This document shows positions 27,412-39,799 of a stretch of 64,000 nt of DNA, one piece after another. Position numbers and translations under genes: made by a program. The DNA comes from an uncultured Collinsella sp. (GTDB taxonomy: Bacteria; Actinomycetota; Coriobacteriia; Coriobacteriales; Coriobacteriaceae): contig CABUPH010000011.1 of assembly GCA_902493375.1 (NCBI GenBank), forward strand, positions 6,759-70,758, in the 5' to 3' direction. A model generated the notes under the pieces. That model searched no databases. It was not told the origin of the DNA and saw nothing but the letters and a program-made list of their open reading frames with translations. Positions within the stretch are counted from its first letter, which is position 1, and each line of letters starts with the position of its first letter.

Positions 27412-27523
27412 GTCCCCTCCCGCGGCATCGCACATTCGGCCGGCAAACCCAGCCACGTGGTAGTTATTGTAGCGTTAGATGCTTGTCGAGAGCTCCTCTG
27501 AACACCTCGTGGGCAAAAAGTGG

Positions 27524-27713
27524 CAAATATGAGTACTGTCACCAATTTAGTAGCAGCAAAATCGAGAGCAAAGTGCCTACTTTGAGCGATTCGAAGAGGT
27601 TGAAAGCCGTCAAACGCCCTTTAAAGGGGGTTAGATAAATTGATTTTGAGCCCATTTTCGCTCAGAACGGGCCGAAAAATATGACACCTATTTTGCAACA
27701 GTACTCATATTTG
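27524..27713. repeat. AT-rich ~190-bp segment bounded by 16-bp perfect inverted repeats (MITE-like)
   Basis: CAAATATGAGTACTGT (27524-27539) and ACAGTACTCATATTTG (27698-27713). The interior is visibly AT-rich compared with its flanks. No ORF inside shows any recognisable similarity. Confidence 0.5.
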
Positions 27714-27744
27714 GCATTTTTTGACCACGGAGTCCAAAACCATG

Positions 27745-27785
27745 TCCCAAAACACAAAAGGAGGGGCCTCGTAAGGCCCCTCCTT
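27745..27785 (-). terminator. Rho-independent terminator of the permease / beta-galactosidase operon
   Basis: AAGGAGGGGCC-6 nt-GGCCCCTCCTT (27758-27785). TTTTGTGTTTTGGG follows on the minus strand. Confidence 0.85.
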
Positions 27786-27832
27786 AGGAAAGGGAATCGA
27801 TTTATTCCACAGCCGCAGATTAATCCTAGCCG

Positions 27833-29308
<1,476 letters not shown>

Positions 29309-29449
29309 TCATCCGTTATATCTCATCTAAAACCGTCCGGACTGCAAGCGCAATCGTGGACGGCGCACCTGCTAAGGGGAATGGGGAAAAGGGAGTCAAC
29401 AAAGCCATCCCCCTTAACGGCGCTAAGCAAACGCCCAAACGGACGAATA

Positions 29450-29905
29450 CTACTTGTTGGGGAAGGAATAACCTTCAACCGTCACGTGCAGTACCACGAC
29501 GCGGGAATCCGCGACATCGGCCACGACACGGTAGGCCTCGTCAATTTCGACGACGGCAACGCCGCCGGCGGGAATCGTCACGGTCTCCCCCATACCCTCA
29601 AAGCGCTCGCGATCGTCGATATCGCTGTAAGTGCGCGTGCAGGTAAGATCCGCCTTGGAAGCCACCTCGACGGTCAGGTCGCCGTCGAGCGGAGCGAGCA
29701 CGGCATGGTAGCGACGGTGACCGACCAGATCGGCGGTAGCGGCCTCGCGGGCATAGACCCACCAGTACACCAACGAGTCGCCGATGGAGTAAGCCACGTC
29801 GTGCTGCAGGTCGGCAACGCCATCGAGCGCCTGACCGGTGCGCATCCACTTCTTGACGGACTTCATCTGAGCGTCGAAATCGACGCGCGAGTTAAAGACA
29901 TGCAT
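29450..29905 (-). CDS. YhcH/YjgK/YiaL (DUF386) family protein, EbgC-like beta-galactosidase accessory subunit
   Basis: 151 aa with a beta-sandwich family pattern (GHRRYHAVLAPLDGDLTVEV..). The start lies 4 nt after the beta-galactosidase stop, with AAGGAGG embedded in the upstream gene's end. Confidence 0.75.
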   Translation of the reverse strand: MHVFNSRVDFDAQMKSVKKWMRTGQALDGVADLQHDVAYSIGDSLVYWWVYAREAATADLVGHRRYHAVLAPLDGDLTVEVASKADLTCTRTYSDIDDRERFEGMGETVTIPAGGVAVVEIDEAYRVVADVADSRVVVLHVTVEGYSFPNK

Positions 29906-29908
29906 GAC

Positions 29909-32932
<3,024 letters not shown>

Positions 32933-32948
32933 TCATCGTAGTGATTCT

Positions 32949-32965
32949 TGTGCAACCGGTTGTCC
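32949..32965. promoter_or_regulatory. Candidate LacI-type operator 1
   Basis: TGTGCAACCGGTTGTCC has a palindromic core CAACCGGTTG and lies in the lacZ/lacI divergent region. Confidence 0.55.
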
Positions 32966-32990
32966 TTATCTTACGGGCGATGCCAAACCC

Positions 32991-33007
32991 TGTGCAACCG
33001 GTTGTCC
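32991..33007. promoter_or_regulatory. Candidate LacI-type operator 2
   Basis: TGTGCAACCGGTTGTCC is identical to operator 1 and lies 42 bp away. Confidence 0.55.
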
Positions 33008-33036
33008 GCTGAACGGTCGATTCTGCCGGATTAACG

Positions 33037-33053
33037 GTGCAACCGGTTGTACA
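33037..33053. promoter_or_regulatory. Candidate LacI-type operator 3
   Basis: GGTGCAACCGGTTGTAC shares the CAACCGGTTG core. Confidence 0.5.
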
Positions 33054-33293
33054 ACCGCCTCACTTATGTCACCCTGAGTATCGAAACTCAGCGCAAAACA
33101 TCATTCTTAAGCTCGTAGGCAACCGCCACGCCCGCTGATATCTCACCCACACGAGACGTATTCGATTGCGGCTTGGTTGCAAAACGACACCTGTCACCGG
33201 ATATCATGAACGCTGTTCAGGTGCACTATAGTAAGCTGTATCCGCACCAGCCCGTATCAGTGACAACATCGACCGCATTTTCCAGGAGACGCC

Positions 33294-34310
33294 ATGACCC
33301 AACCAGTTCGCACCGCACCTACGCTTGCCGAGGTTGCCGCAGCTGCCGGCGTGTCGCGCTCCACGGCATCGCGCGCCCTCAACGATTCGCCCCGCATTAG
33401 CGAGGAAACCAAAAAGCGCGTCCGCGCGGCGGCCAAGGAAGTCAATTTTGTCCCCAATGCCCGTGGCCGAGCGCTCGCTGTCGGGCGCACGGAAATCATC
33501 GCCGTGCTCGTGACCGAGCCCCTGAGTGAACTCTTCAGCGACCCCACCTATAGCGAGTTTTTGAGCGGCATTACCGAGGAACTGTCGGAGTCGTCCTATC
33601 TGCCCGTTATCTTGCAGGCGTCTTCTACGCATGAGCGCAACCGCGCACGCGAGCACTTTGAGCGCCGCTCGTTCGACGCCGTGATCGACGTCTCCCCTTA
33701 CAAGGGCAGCGAGCTGCTCGAGGTGCTGCGCGAGCTGGGCGTACCCACCGTGTTGTGCGGCCAGCTCGAGGGCCACCCCTATCGCGACGTGTTCTCGACA
33801 GTCTACTCTGACGACGAAGAGGGTGGACGCTTTGCGGCACTCGCTATGAAAGAGCGCGGGCGCAAAGATATCGTCGCCGTGTTGGGACCGCAAGACAACC
33901 CCGCTGTTGTCGACCGCCTGCGCGGCTACCGCGCCGTCTTGGGCGAAGACCTCCCAGACGCAAACGTTATCTATACCGGCTGGAACAGCGGAGACGGCTA
34001 TCAGGCCATGCACCAGATCCTCGCGCGCGAGATTGCTTTCGATGGCGTGCTCTGCGGATCGGACCGTATCGCGGCTGGCGTCATCACCGCACTCAACGAG
34101 GCAGGCCTATCTGTTCCGGCGGACGTTTCTGTCGTCGGCTTCGACGATCACGAGATTGCGGCGTGCTGCGTCCCCGCGCTCACGACCGTCCGCCAGCCCC
34201 TGCGCGAAGAAGGCCACATGGCCGCCAACATTGCGCTCGACATGATCACGGGCGCCGAGCCCACCACCTCCGTGATGCACATGCAGCTAATTCAGAGAGA
34301 CTCGCTATAA
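33294..34310 (+). CDS. LacI family transcriptional regulator (divergent from the beta-galactosidase operon)
   Basis: It has the HTH LAEVAAAAGVSRSTASRALND plus a sugar-binding core. AGGAGA lies upstream of the ATG. Confidence 0.9.
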   Translation: MTQPVRTAPTLAEVAAAAGVSRSTASRALNDSPRISEETKKRVRAAAKEVNFVPNARGRALAVGRTEIIAVLVTEPLSELFSDPTYSEFLSGITEELSESSYLPVILQASSTHERNRAREHFERRSFDAVIDVSPYKGSELLEVLRELGVPTVLCGQLEGHPYRDVFSTVYSDDEEGGRFAALAMKERGRKDIVAVLGPQDNPAVVDRLRGYRAVLGEDLPDANVIYTGWNSGDGYQAMHQILAREIAFDGVLCGSDRIAAGVITALNEAGLSVPADVSVVGFDDHEIAACCVPALTTVRQPLREEGHMAANIALDMITGAEPTTSVMHMQLIQRDSL

Positions 34311-34311
34311 G

Positions 34312-34516
34312 AAACTGGGACAGGCTTTCCGCCAGACAGTTGTTGCGGAAAGCCTGCCCCGTTTTGAGTGCTCATTCTGGGACACAGTTTCCGTTAGACC
34401 GCTCAACCGGAAACTGTGTCCCATTTTTTGCCGAATTCTGGGTCGCGCTTTCCCAGAGGACCCCCTTTGGGAAAGCGCGACCCGTTCTGGACGCAGATTC
34501 CGGGACGCACTTTCCG
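34312..34516 (+). repeat. Tandem array of 3 complete hairpin units and 1 half unit, period 61-62 nt
   Basis: The stems are at 34317-34332/34345-34360, 34379-34393/34408-34422 and 34440-34454/34469-34483. A fourth left arm at 34502-34516 has no partner. The shared frame is TTCTGGGAC-NNNN-TTTCCG..CGGAAA-NNNN-GTCCC followed by a T-rich tail. Confidence 0.85.
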
Positions 34517-34555
34517 CGACGCCCGGTCATCCCATGCCCCCACAACCTCGGCGCA

Positions 34556-34590
34556 TAAAAAACGAGGGAAGGCGCGCGTCCTTCCCTCGT
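34556..34590 (-). terminator. Rho-independent terminator of aspS
   Basis: ACGAGGGAAGG-7 nt-CCTTCCCTCGT. TTTTTTATG follows on the minus strand. Confidence 0.85.
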
Positions 34591-34614
34591 TACGGGCAAT
34601 ATGTAGCCGCTCGC

Positions 34615-36402
34615 CTACATCAGGCGCAGGCTAACGTCCTTGAGCTGGGCGCCGCTAACGGCACTCGGGGCGCCCGACATGAGGTCGGAGCCGCTGGCCG
34701 TCTTGGGGAACGCCATGACGTCGCGGATGGAGTCGGAACCGGTGAGCAGCATGCACACGCGGTCCAGGCCCAGAGCAAAACCGCCCATCGGGGGCGCACC
34801 AAACTTGAGCGCCTCCATGAGGAAGCCAAACTGAGACTCGGCACGCTCCTCAGTAAAGCCCAGGAGCTTGAGCATGGACATCTGCATCTCGGCGTTGTGG
34901 ATACGCATACCGCCGCCGCCGGCCTCAAAGCCGTCCATGACAAAGTCGTAGGTGCACGAACCGGCTGCCAGCGGGTCGGCCTCGATCTTGGCGATGTCGG
35001 TCTCGGTCGGCAGGGTGAAGGGCTGGTGCTCGGCAGCGTAGGCCTTGCGGTCCTCATCCCAGTGGAACAGCGGGAAGTTGACGACCCACAGGAAGTCGTG
35101 GCCCTCGCGCTTGATCTCGAGCGCGTTGGCCATGTGGGAACGCATGCCGCCCAGGATCTCGTCGGAGAGCAGGCGCGGGCCGGCGGCGAACATCACAAGG
35201 TCGCCGGGCTCGACGTCCATGCGCTCGCGCAGAGCGGCCATCTCCTCGTCCGAGAAGAACTTGACGATGGGGCTGTTGATGGAGCCGTCCTCGCGGAAGG
35301 CGATCCAGGCCAAGCCCTTGGCGCCAAACGTGGAGGCCACGCCGGCGAGCTTATCGATCTTGGCACGTGCCCAGGCACCGGCGCCCTTGGCGTTGATAGC
35401 CTTGACGACAGAGCCCTCCTCGTTTGCGGCAGTCGCAAAGACCTTGAACTTGGAGTTGGCGAAGATGTCGGTCAGGTCGACCAAGTGCATGCCATAGCGG
35501 GTATCGGGCTTGTCGGAGCCATAGGTGTCCATGGCCTCCCAGTAGTTCATGCGACGCAGCGGCGTGGGCATCTCGACACCCATGCGGCCGAAGGCATCGG
35601 CCAGGACCTCTTCGAGCGCGCTCATGACGTCATTCTGGTCCACGAAGGACATCTCAATATCGACCTGGGTGAACTCGGGCTGACGGTCGGCACGCAAGTC
35701 CTCGTCGCGGAAGCACTTGGCAACCTGGTAGTAGCGCTCGACGCCACCGACCATAAGCAGCTGCTTCAGGAGCTGCGGGGACTGCGGCAGGGCATAGAAG
35801 TTGCCCGGCTGGATGCGGCTGGGGACGATGAAGTCGCGGGCGCCCTCGGGCGTAGACTTGAACAGGGAGGGCGTCTCGACCTCCATGAACTCACGGTTGT
35901 GCAGCGCCTCGCGAATGGCAAAGGTAAAGTCGGAGCGCAGCTTGAGGTTGGCCATCATCTCGGGACGACGAAGGTCCAGATAGCGATAGCGCAGGCGGGT
36001 GTCCTCGCTGGTCTCGATGCCGTCCTCGATTTGGAACGGCGGGGTGACGGACGTGTTGAGCACCTCGGCGTGGTCGGTCAGGACCTCGATCTCGCCGGTC
36101 GCGAGCTTGGTGTTGGTGGTCTCCTCGCCACGGGCGCGCACGACGCCGTGAATCTTGATGGGCCACTCGGGACGCATGGTCTCGGCGATCTTAAAGGCAT
36201 CGCCGTCGGAGTGCTCGGGGTCGAAGGTGAGCTGCGTGATGCCCTCGCGGTCGCGAAGGTCGCAGAAGATAAGGCCGCCGTGGTCGCGGCGACGGCTCAC
36301 CCAACCGGTGAGGGTGACCTCTTCGCCCACGTTCTCGAAGCGAAGCTCGCCGCAGGTACGGGTGTGCATGGAATGCTCATCGATGGGACGGGTCTGGCTC
36401 AT
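34615..36402 (-). CDS. aspS: Aspartate--tRNA ligase
   Basis: 595 aa with an OB-fold N-terminus (GWVSRRRDHGGLIFCDLRD), class II motifs (FRDEDLRADRQPEFTQVD, GGGMRIH, GLDR) and a GAD insertion. Confidence 0.97.
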   Translation of the reverse strand: MSQTRPIDEHSMHTRTCGELRFENVGEEVTLTGWVSRRRDHGGLIFCDLRDREGITQLTFDPEHSDGDAFKIAETMRPEWPIKIHGVVRARGEETTNTKLATGEIEVLTDHAEVLNTSVTPPFQIEDGIETSEDTRLRYRYLDLRRPEMMANLKLRSDFTFAIREALHNREFMEVETPSLFKSTPEGARDFIVPSRIQPGNFYALPQSPQLLKQLLMVGGVERYYQVAKCFRDEDLRADRQPEFTQVDIEMSFVDQNDVMSALEEVLADAFGRMGVEMPTPLRRMNYWEAMDTYGSDKPDTRYGMHLVDLTDIFANSKFKVFATAANEEGSVVKAINAKGAGAWARAKIDKLAGVASTFGAKGLAWIAFREDGSINSPIVKFFSDEEMAALRERMDVEPGDLVMFAAGPRLLSDEILGGMRSHMANALEIKREGHDFLWVVNFPLFHWDEDRKAYAAEHQPFTLPTETDIAKIEADPLAAGSCTYDFVMDGFEAGGGGMRIHNAEMQMSMLKLLGFTEERAESQFGFLMEALKFGAPPMGGFALGLDRVCMLLTGSDSIRDVMAFPKTASGSDLMSGAPSAVSGAQLKDVSLRLM

Positions 36403-36658
36403 ACCAGTGATCCTCCTTTATGGATCTGTGCCGCCCCGTGTCGTTCCGGGCGGCGTCGTACAGATTTGCCCAGCCTGCGTAAACCGCGCAGCCAGACATG
36501 GCGTTCTATCTTATCGCACTCGCGTCGATGTGCCGCGAAAAAGTGGCTCCTGCCCAAAGACTTGACGGAGACGAAACAATTGACGCGCCGCGGCACCCGC
36601 CCGCGCTCGTCACGTGCGACAATGTGCCCCAATACAACTGCACTCGGAAAGGCCCGTC

Positions 36659-37294
36659 ATGACCGCACGCCTCATCGTTATGGATATCGACTCCACGCTC
36701 ATCAACCAGGAGGTCATCGACCTGTTGGGCGAGGAGGCCGGCGTAGGCGAGCAGGTGGCACAGATCACTGAGCGCGCCATGCGCGGCGAGCTTGACTTTA
36801 AGCAGGCACTCGAGGAGCGCGTGGGGCTGCTCGCCGGCCTGGACGAGAGCGTGTTCGAGCGCACCTTTGAGCGTGTGACGTTTACCCCCGGCGCGCTGGA
36901 GCTTGTGCGCTCGGCGCACAGCAAGGGCTGGAAGGTCGGCGTGGTAAGCGGCGGCTTTCACGAGGTCGCCGATAAGATCGTGACCGCCGCGGGCATCGAT
37001 TTTTGCCTGGCTAACCGCCTGGAGGTCGTGGACGGCAAGCTCACGGGTAAGCTGGCGGCAGACATCGTGACCAAGGAGTCCAAGCTCATCCAGCTGCTGG
37101 ACTGGGCAGTTGAGTGCGGCGTCGACATGGCCCATACGGTCGCTATTGGCGACGGGGCAAATGACATCCCCATGATCCAGGCCGCAGGCACGGGCATCGC
37201 ATTTTGCGCCAAGCCCAAGACGCGCGAGGCGGCCCCGTTTGCCATCGACGAGCGCAACCTGATGCTCGCCATGGACATCATCCTGCGCGACTAG
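36659..37294 (+). CDS. serB: Phosphoserine phosphatase SerB (HAD-IB)
   Basis: Motifs MDIDSTLINQEVID, GELDFKQALEERV, SGGF and GDGANDIPMI are present. I prefer the start MTARLIV at 36659. The ORF begins at 36614. Confidence 0.85.
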   Translation: MTARLIVMDIDSTLINQEVIDLLGEEAGVGEQVAQITERAMRGELDFKQALEERVGLLAGLDESVFERTFERVTFTPGALELVRSAHSKGWKVGVVSGGFHEVADKIVTAAGIDFCLANRLEVVDGKLTGKLAADIVTKESKLIQLLDWAVECGVDMAHTVAIGDGANDIPMIQAAGTGIAFCAKPKTREAAPFAIDERNLMLAMDIILRD

Positions 37295-37330
37295 TCAATC
37301 CATCTAACAATTGAATCAGTCTGTCCTATA

Positions 37331-37364
37331 GTTTCCGAACAATTTTGTCTTAGTGTTCGGAAAC
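37331..37364. promoter_or_regulatory. 10-bp perfect inverted repeat upstream of larB (candidate operator)
   Basis: GTTTCCGAAC (37331-37340) and GTTCGGAAAC (37355-37364) are separated by 14 nt, and the repeat lies 45 nt upstream of the larB ATG. No T-tract follows, so it is unlikely to be the serB terminator. Confidence 0.3.
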
Positions 37365-37408
37365 ATACCCTTTGAGTGCTAGACTTTGCGCCGTCGAAGG
37401 GAACATAT

Positions 37409-38191
37409 ATGGATAAGCGAGATCTTGAGCAATTGCTGAGCGATGTTGCCGGCGGAGCAGTCACCCCTGCCGACGCCCTCACGCGCATCCAGACGGCTCC
37501 GACCGCCGATTTGGGCTTTGCGCAGCTTGATCTTTCGCGCGGGGTGCGCCAGGGAGCCGGCGAGGTTGTCTACGGGGCCGGTAAAACCGCCGATCAGATT
37601 GCCGCCATTATCGAAGCACTGCGCGATGCCGGCCAGGAGCGCATCCTGGTCACGCGCCTGGATGCCGAAAAAGCCGCGCGCACCGCTGAGCTTCTTGGCA
37701 ACGGCATCGACTTGGGATATGTCCCGGACGCACAGCTCGCCCTCGTGGGCGGCAAGCCCTCCCCCACCGGCAACGGACGCATCGTCGTCGCCTGCGCCGG
37801 CACGAGCGACCTGCCCGTCGCCGAAGAAGCCGCGTTGACGGCCGAGTTCTATGGCAACGAGGTCGACCGCCTCTACGACGTGGGTGTCGCCGGCCTGCAC
37901 CGTCTGCTCGCGCATGCCGAGGAACTCGCCCAGGCACAGGTGGTCATCGCCATTGCCGGCATGGAGGGCGCACTGGCGAGCGTTGTCGGCGGCCTGGTAA
38001 GCTGTCCGGTCATAGCCGTTCCCACCAGTGTGGGTTACGGCGCGAGCTTTGGTGGCGTAGCCGCGCTGCTCGCCATGCTCAACTCCTGCGCCAGCGGCGT
38101 TTCGGTCGTCAACATCGACAACGGCTTTGGTGCCGCCTACCAGGCAAGTCTTATCAATCATCTGAGCGCCGGCACGCCCTGCGCCCGTTAA
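37409..38191 (+). CDS. larB: LarB, nickel-pincer cofactor biosynthesis protein (pyridinium-3,5-biscarboxylic acid mononucleotide synthase; PurE-like)
   Basis: The N-terminal extension plus a PurE-like core (VACAGTSDLPVAEEA, AIAGMEGALASVVGG, VIAVPTSVGYGA, SCASGVSVVNIDNGFGAA) matches LarB. The start MDKRD at 37409 has GAAGGGA upstream. Confidence 0.88.
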   Translation: MDKRDLEQLLSDVAGGAVTPADALTRIQTAPTADLGFAQLDLSRGVRQGAGEVVYGAGKTADQIAAIIEALRDAGQERILVTRLDAEKAARTAELLGNGIDLGYVPDAQLALVGGKPSPTGNGRIVVACAGTSDLPVAEEAALTAEFYGNEVDRLYDVGVAGLHRLLAHAEELAQAQVVIAIAGMEGALASVVGGLVSCPVIAVPTSVGYGASFGGVAALLAMLNSCASGVSVVNIDNGFGAAYQASLINHLSAGTPCAR

Positions 38192-38201
38192 GGAGCATTC
38201 C

Positions 38202-39101
38202 ATGTCCAATCATCAGCACACGCTTATCATCGACGGCACCTCGGGCATCAGCGGCGATATGACCGTCGCGGCCCTGCTCGACCTAGGCGCCAGCGAGGAG
38301 CACCTGCGCGAGCAGCTCGCCACGCTGCCGGTCGACGGCTTTACGATCGCCGTGACGCGCGTAAACAAGCATGGCATCGACGCCTGCGACTTTGACGTTC
38401 AGCTGGCAGAGGAGCTCGAGAACCACGATCACGATATGGCCTGGCTCTACGGTAACGAAGCAGCTGCCGAGCACGAGCACCACCATCATGACCATGGTGA
38501 GCACGAACACTGCCATGAGCATGATCATGAGACCCACGGCCATGGCCACGAGGGCCATCATCACGCCCACCACCATCACCATCGTTCTTTGGCGGACGTC
38601 ACCGCCATCATCGACGGCTCGCAGCTAAGCGATGGCGCTAAGCGTCGTGCGCTCGCCATCTTTACCGCGCTCGCCGCCGCCGAGGCCAAGGCCCACGGCA
38701 AAACGCCCGAGACCGTCATGTTCCACGAGGTAGGCGCCATCGACTCCATCGTCGACATCTGCTCGGTCGCCATCTGTCTCGATGACCTGGGTATCGAGGA
38801 CATTGTCGTCGAGTCGCTCTCCGAGGGTCACGGCACCATTCGCTGCGCCCACGGCCTCATGCCCATTCCCGTCCCCGCTGTCGTCAACCTGTGCCAGGCG
38901 GGCAATATCGCCCTCACGCCTGCACCGGTCGCCGGCGAGCTCGTGACGCCCACGGGCGCCGCCATCGTCACCGCGCTGCGTACGTCCGACCAAATGCCCT
39001 CACGCTACCGCATCGAAGCCGTCGGCTACGGCGCCGGAAAGCGCCCCTACGAGGGTTGCTCCGGTACGCTCCGCTGCCTGCTCGTTCACGTGGATGCATA
39101 G
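38202..39101 (+). CDS. larC: LarC N-terminal (LarC1-like, DUF111) nickel insertion protein with a His-rich insert; the C-terminal domain is absent
   Basis: The sequence runs GTSGISGDM, then a His-rich stretch (HEHHHHDHGEHEHCHEHDHETHGHGHEGHHHAHHHHH), then FHEVGAIDSIVDI, and ends at GYGAGKRPYEGCSGTLRCLLV. AAGGAG lies upstream of the ATG. Confidence 0.85.
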   Translation: MSNHQHTLIIDGTSGISGDMTVAALLDLGASEEHLREQLATLPVDGFTIAVTRVNKHGIDACDFDVQLAEELENHDHDMAWLYGNEAAAEHEHHHHDHGEHEHCHEHDHETHGHGHEGHHHAHHHHHRSLADVTAIIDGSQLSDGAKRRALAIFTALAAAEAKAHGKTPETVMFHEVGAIDSIVDICSVAICLDDLGIEDIVVESLSEGHGTIRCAHGLMPIPVPAVVNLCQAGNIALTPAPVAGELVTPTGAAIVTALRTSDQMPSRYRIEAVGYGAGKRPYEGCSGTLRCLLVHVDA

Positions 39102-39103
39102 CC

Positions 39104-39643
39104 ATGGATGCCCGCAAAGAAAAAAGCCGCGCTGCGATCGTCGCGGCGTTCTCCGAGCTGCTGCGCGAAGAGGACTACGGCAAGATCACCGTCGGCGACA
39201 TCATCGCGCGCGCCCACGTAGGCCGCGCGACATTCTACGGCCTCTTTAAGAGCAAAGACGACCTACTGTCCGAGCTCGTGAGCGACATCTGCACCCACGC
39301 CCTCGACGACGATGGTACGCCGCTCGACGACCCACTCGTGCAAGTCGAGCATATCCTCAACAACCTCTGGGATCGTCGTCAGGGCGTACGCGCCCTCGTA
39401 GCCGGCGCTGGCTCACGCGTCTTCGCCGACTGCTTACGCAAGACCATCATGTCGCGCGCAGCCGAAACCATCCCTACCGACCCAAACGGCCCCGCCGCCA
39501 CCATGGACCGCAGCTTTCTACTGCACCACATAGCCTCAAGCTTCGTAGGAATGGTCCAATGGTGGGCCTGGCACAACTTTCAAGCAGATAAGGCCGAAGT
39601 AGCCAAAGACTACCTCTCAGCCACAAAGCCCCTCTTCAACTAA
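39104..39643 (+). CDS. TetR/AcrR family transcriptional regulator
   Basis: The HTH is ITVGDIIARAHVGRATFYGLFKSKDDLL. The start MDARKEK lies 2 nt after the larC stop and is in frame within ORF 38891..39643. Confidence 0.85.
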   Translation: MDARKEKSRAAIVAAFSELLREEDYGKITVGDIIARAHVGRATFYGLFKSKDDLLSELVSDICTHALDDDGTPLDDPLVQVEHILNNLWDRRQGVRALVAGAGSRVFADCLRKTIMSRAAETIPTDPNGPAATMDRSFLLHHIASSFVGMVQWWAWHNFQADKAEVAKDYLSATKPLFN

Positions 39644-39799
39644 GTAAGAAGCTCATCCCAAAGCATCGTCCCAACCCAAGCCGCCACGCATCCCAAAGTG
39701 TCGACAGCAGCCCAACGCCCCTACCAGCAACAAGCCCCTCCCATCCAAATTCAGATATATATGTTGGGTTGCTTGTACGAACGCAACAAAGACCCCGCA

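Noticed and set aside
34312-34516. A CRISPR array.
   Set aside because: The repeated units are not identical. The conserved parts are stem halves of hairpins rather than direct repeats separated by unique spacers. There are only 3.25 units, and no cas genes are in the window.
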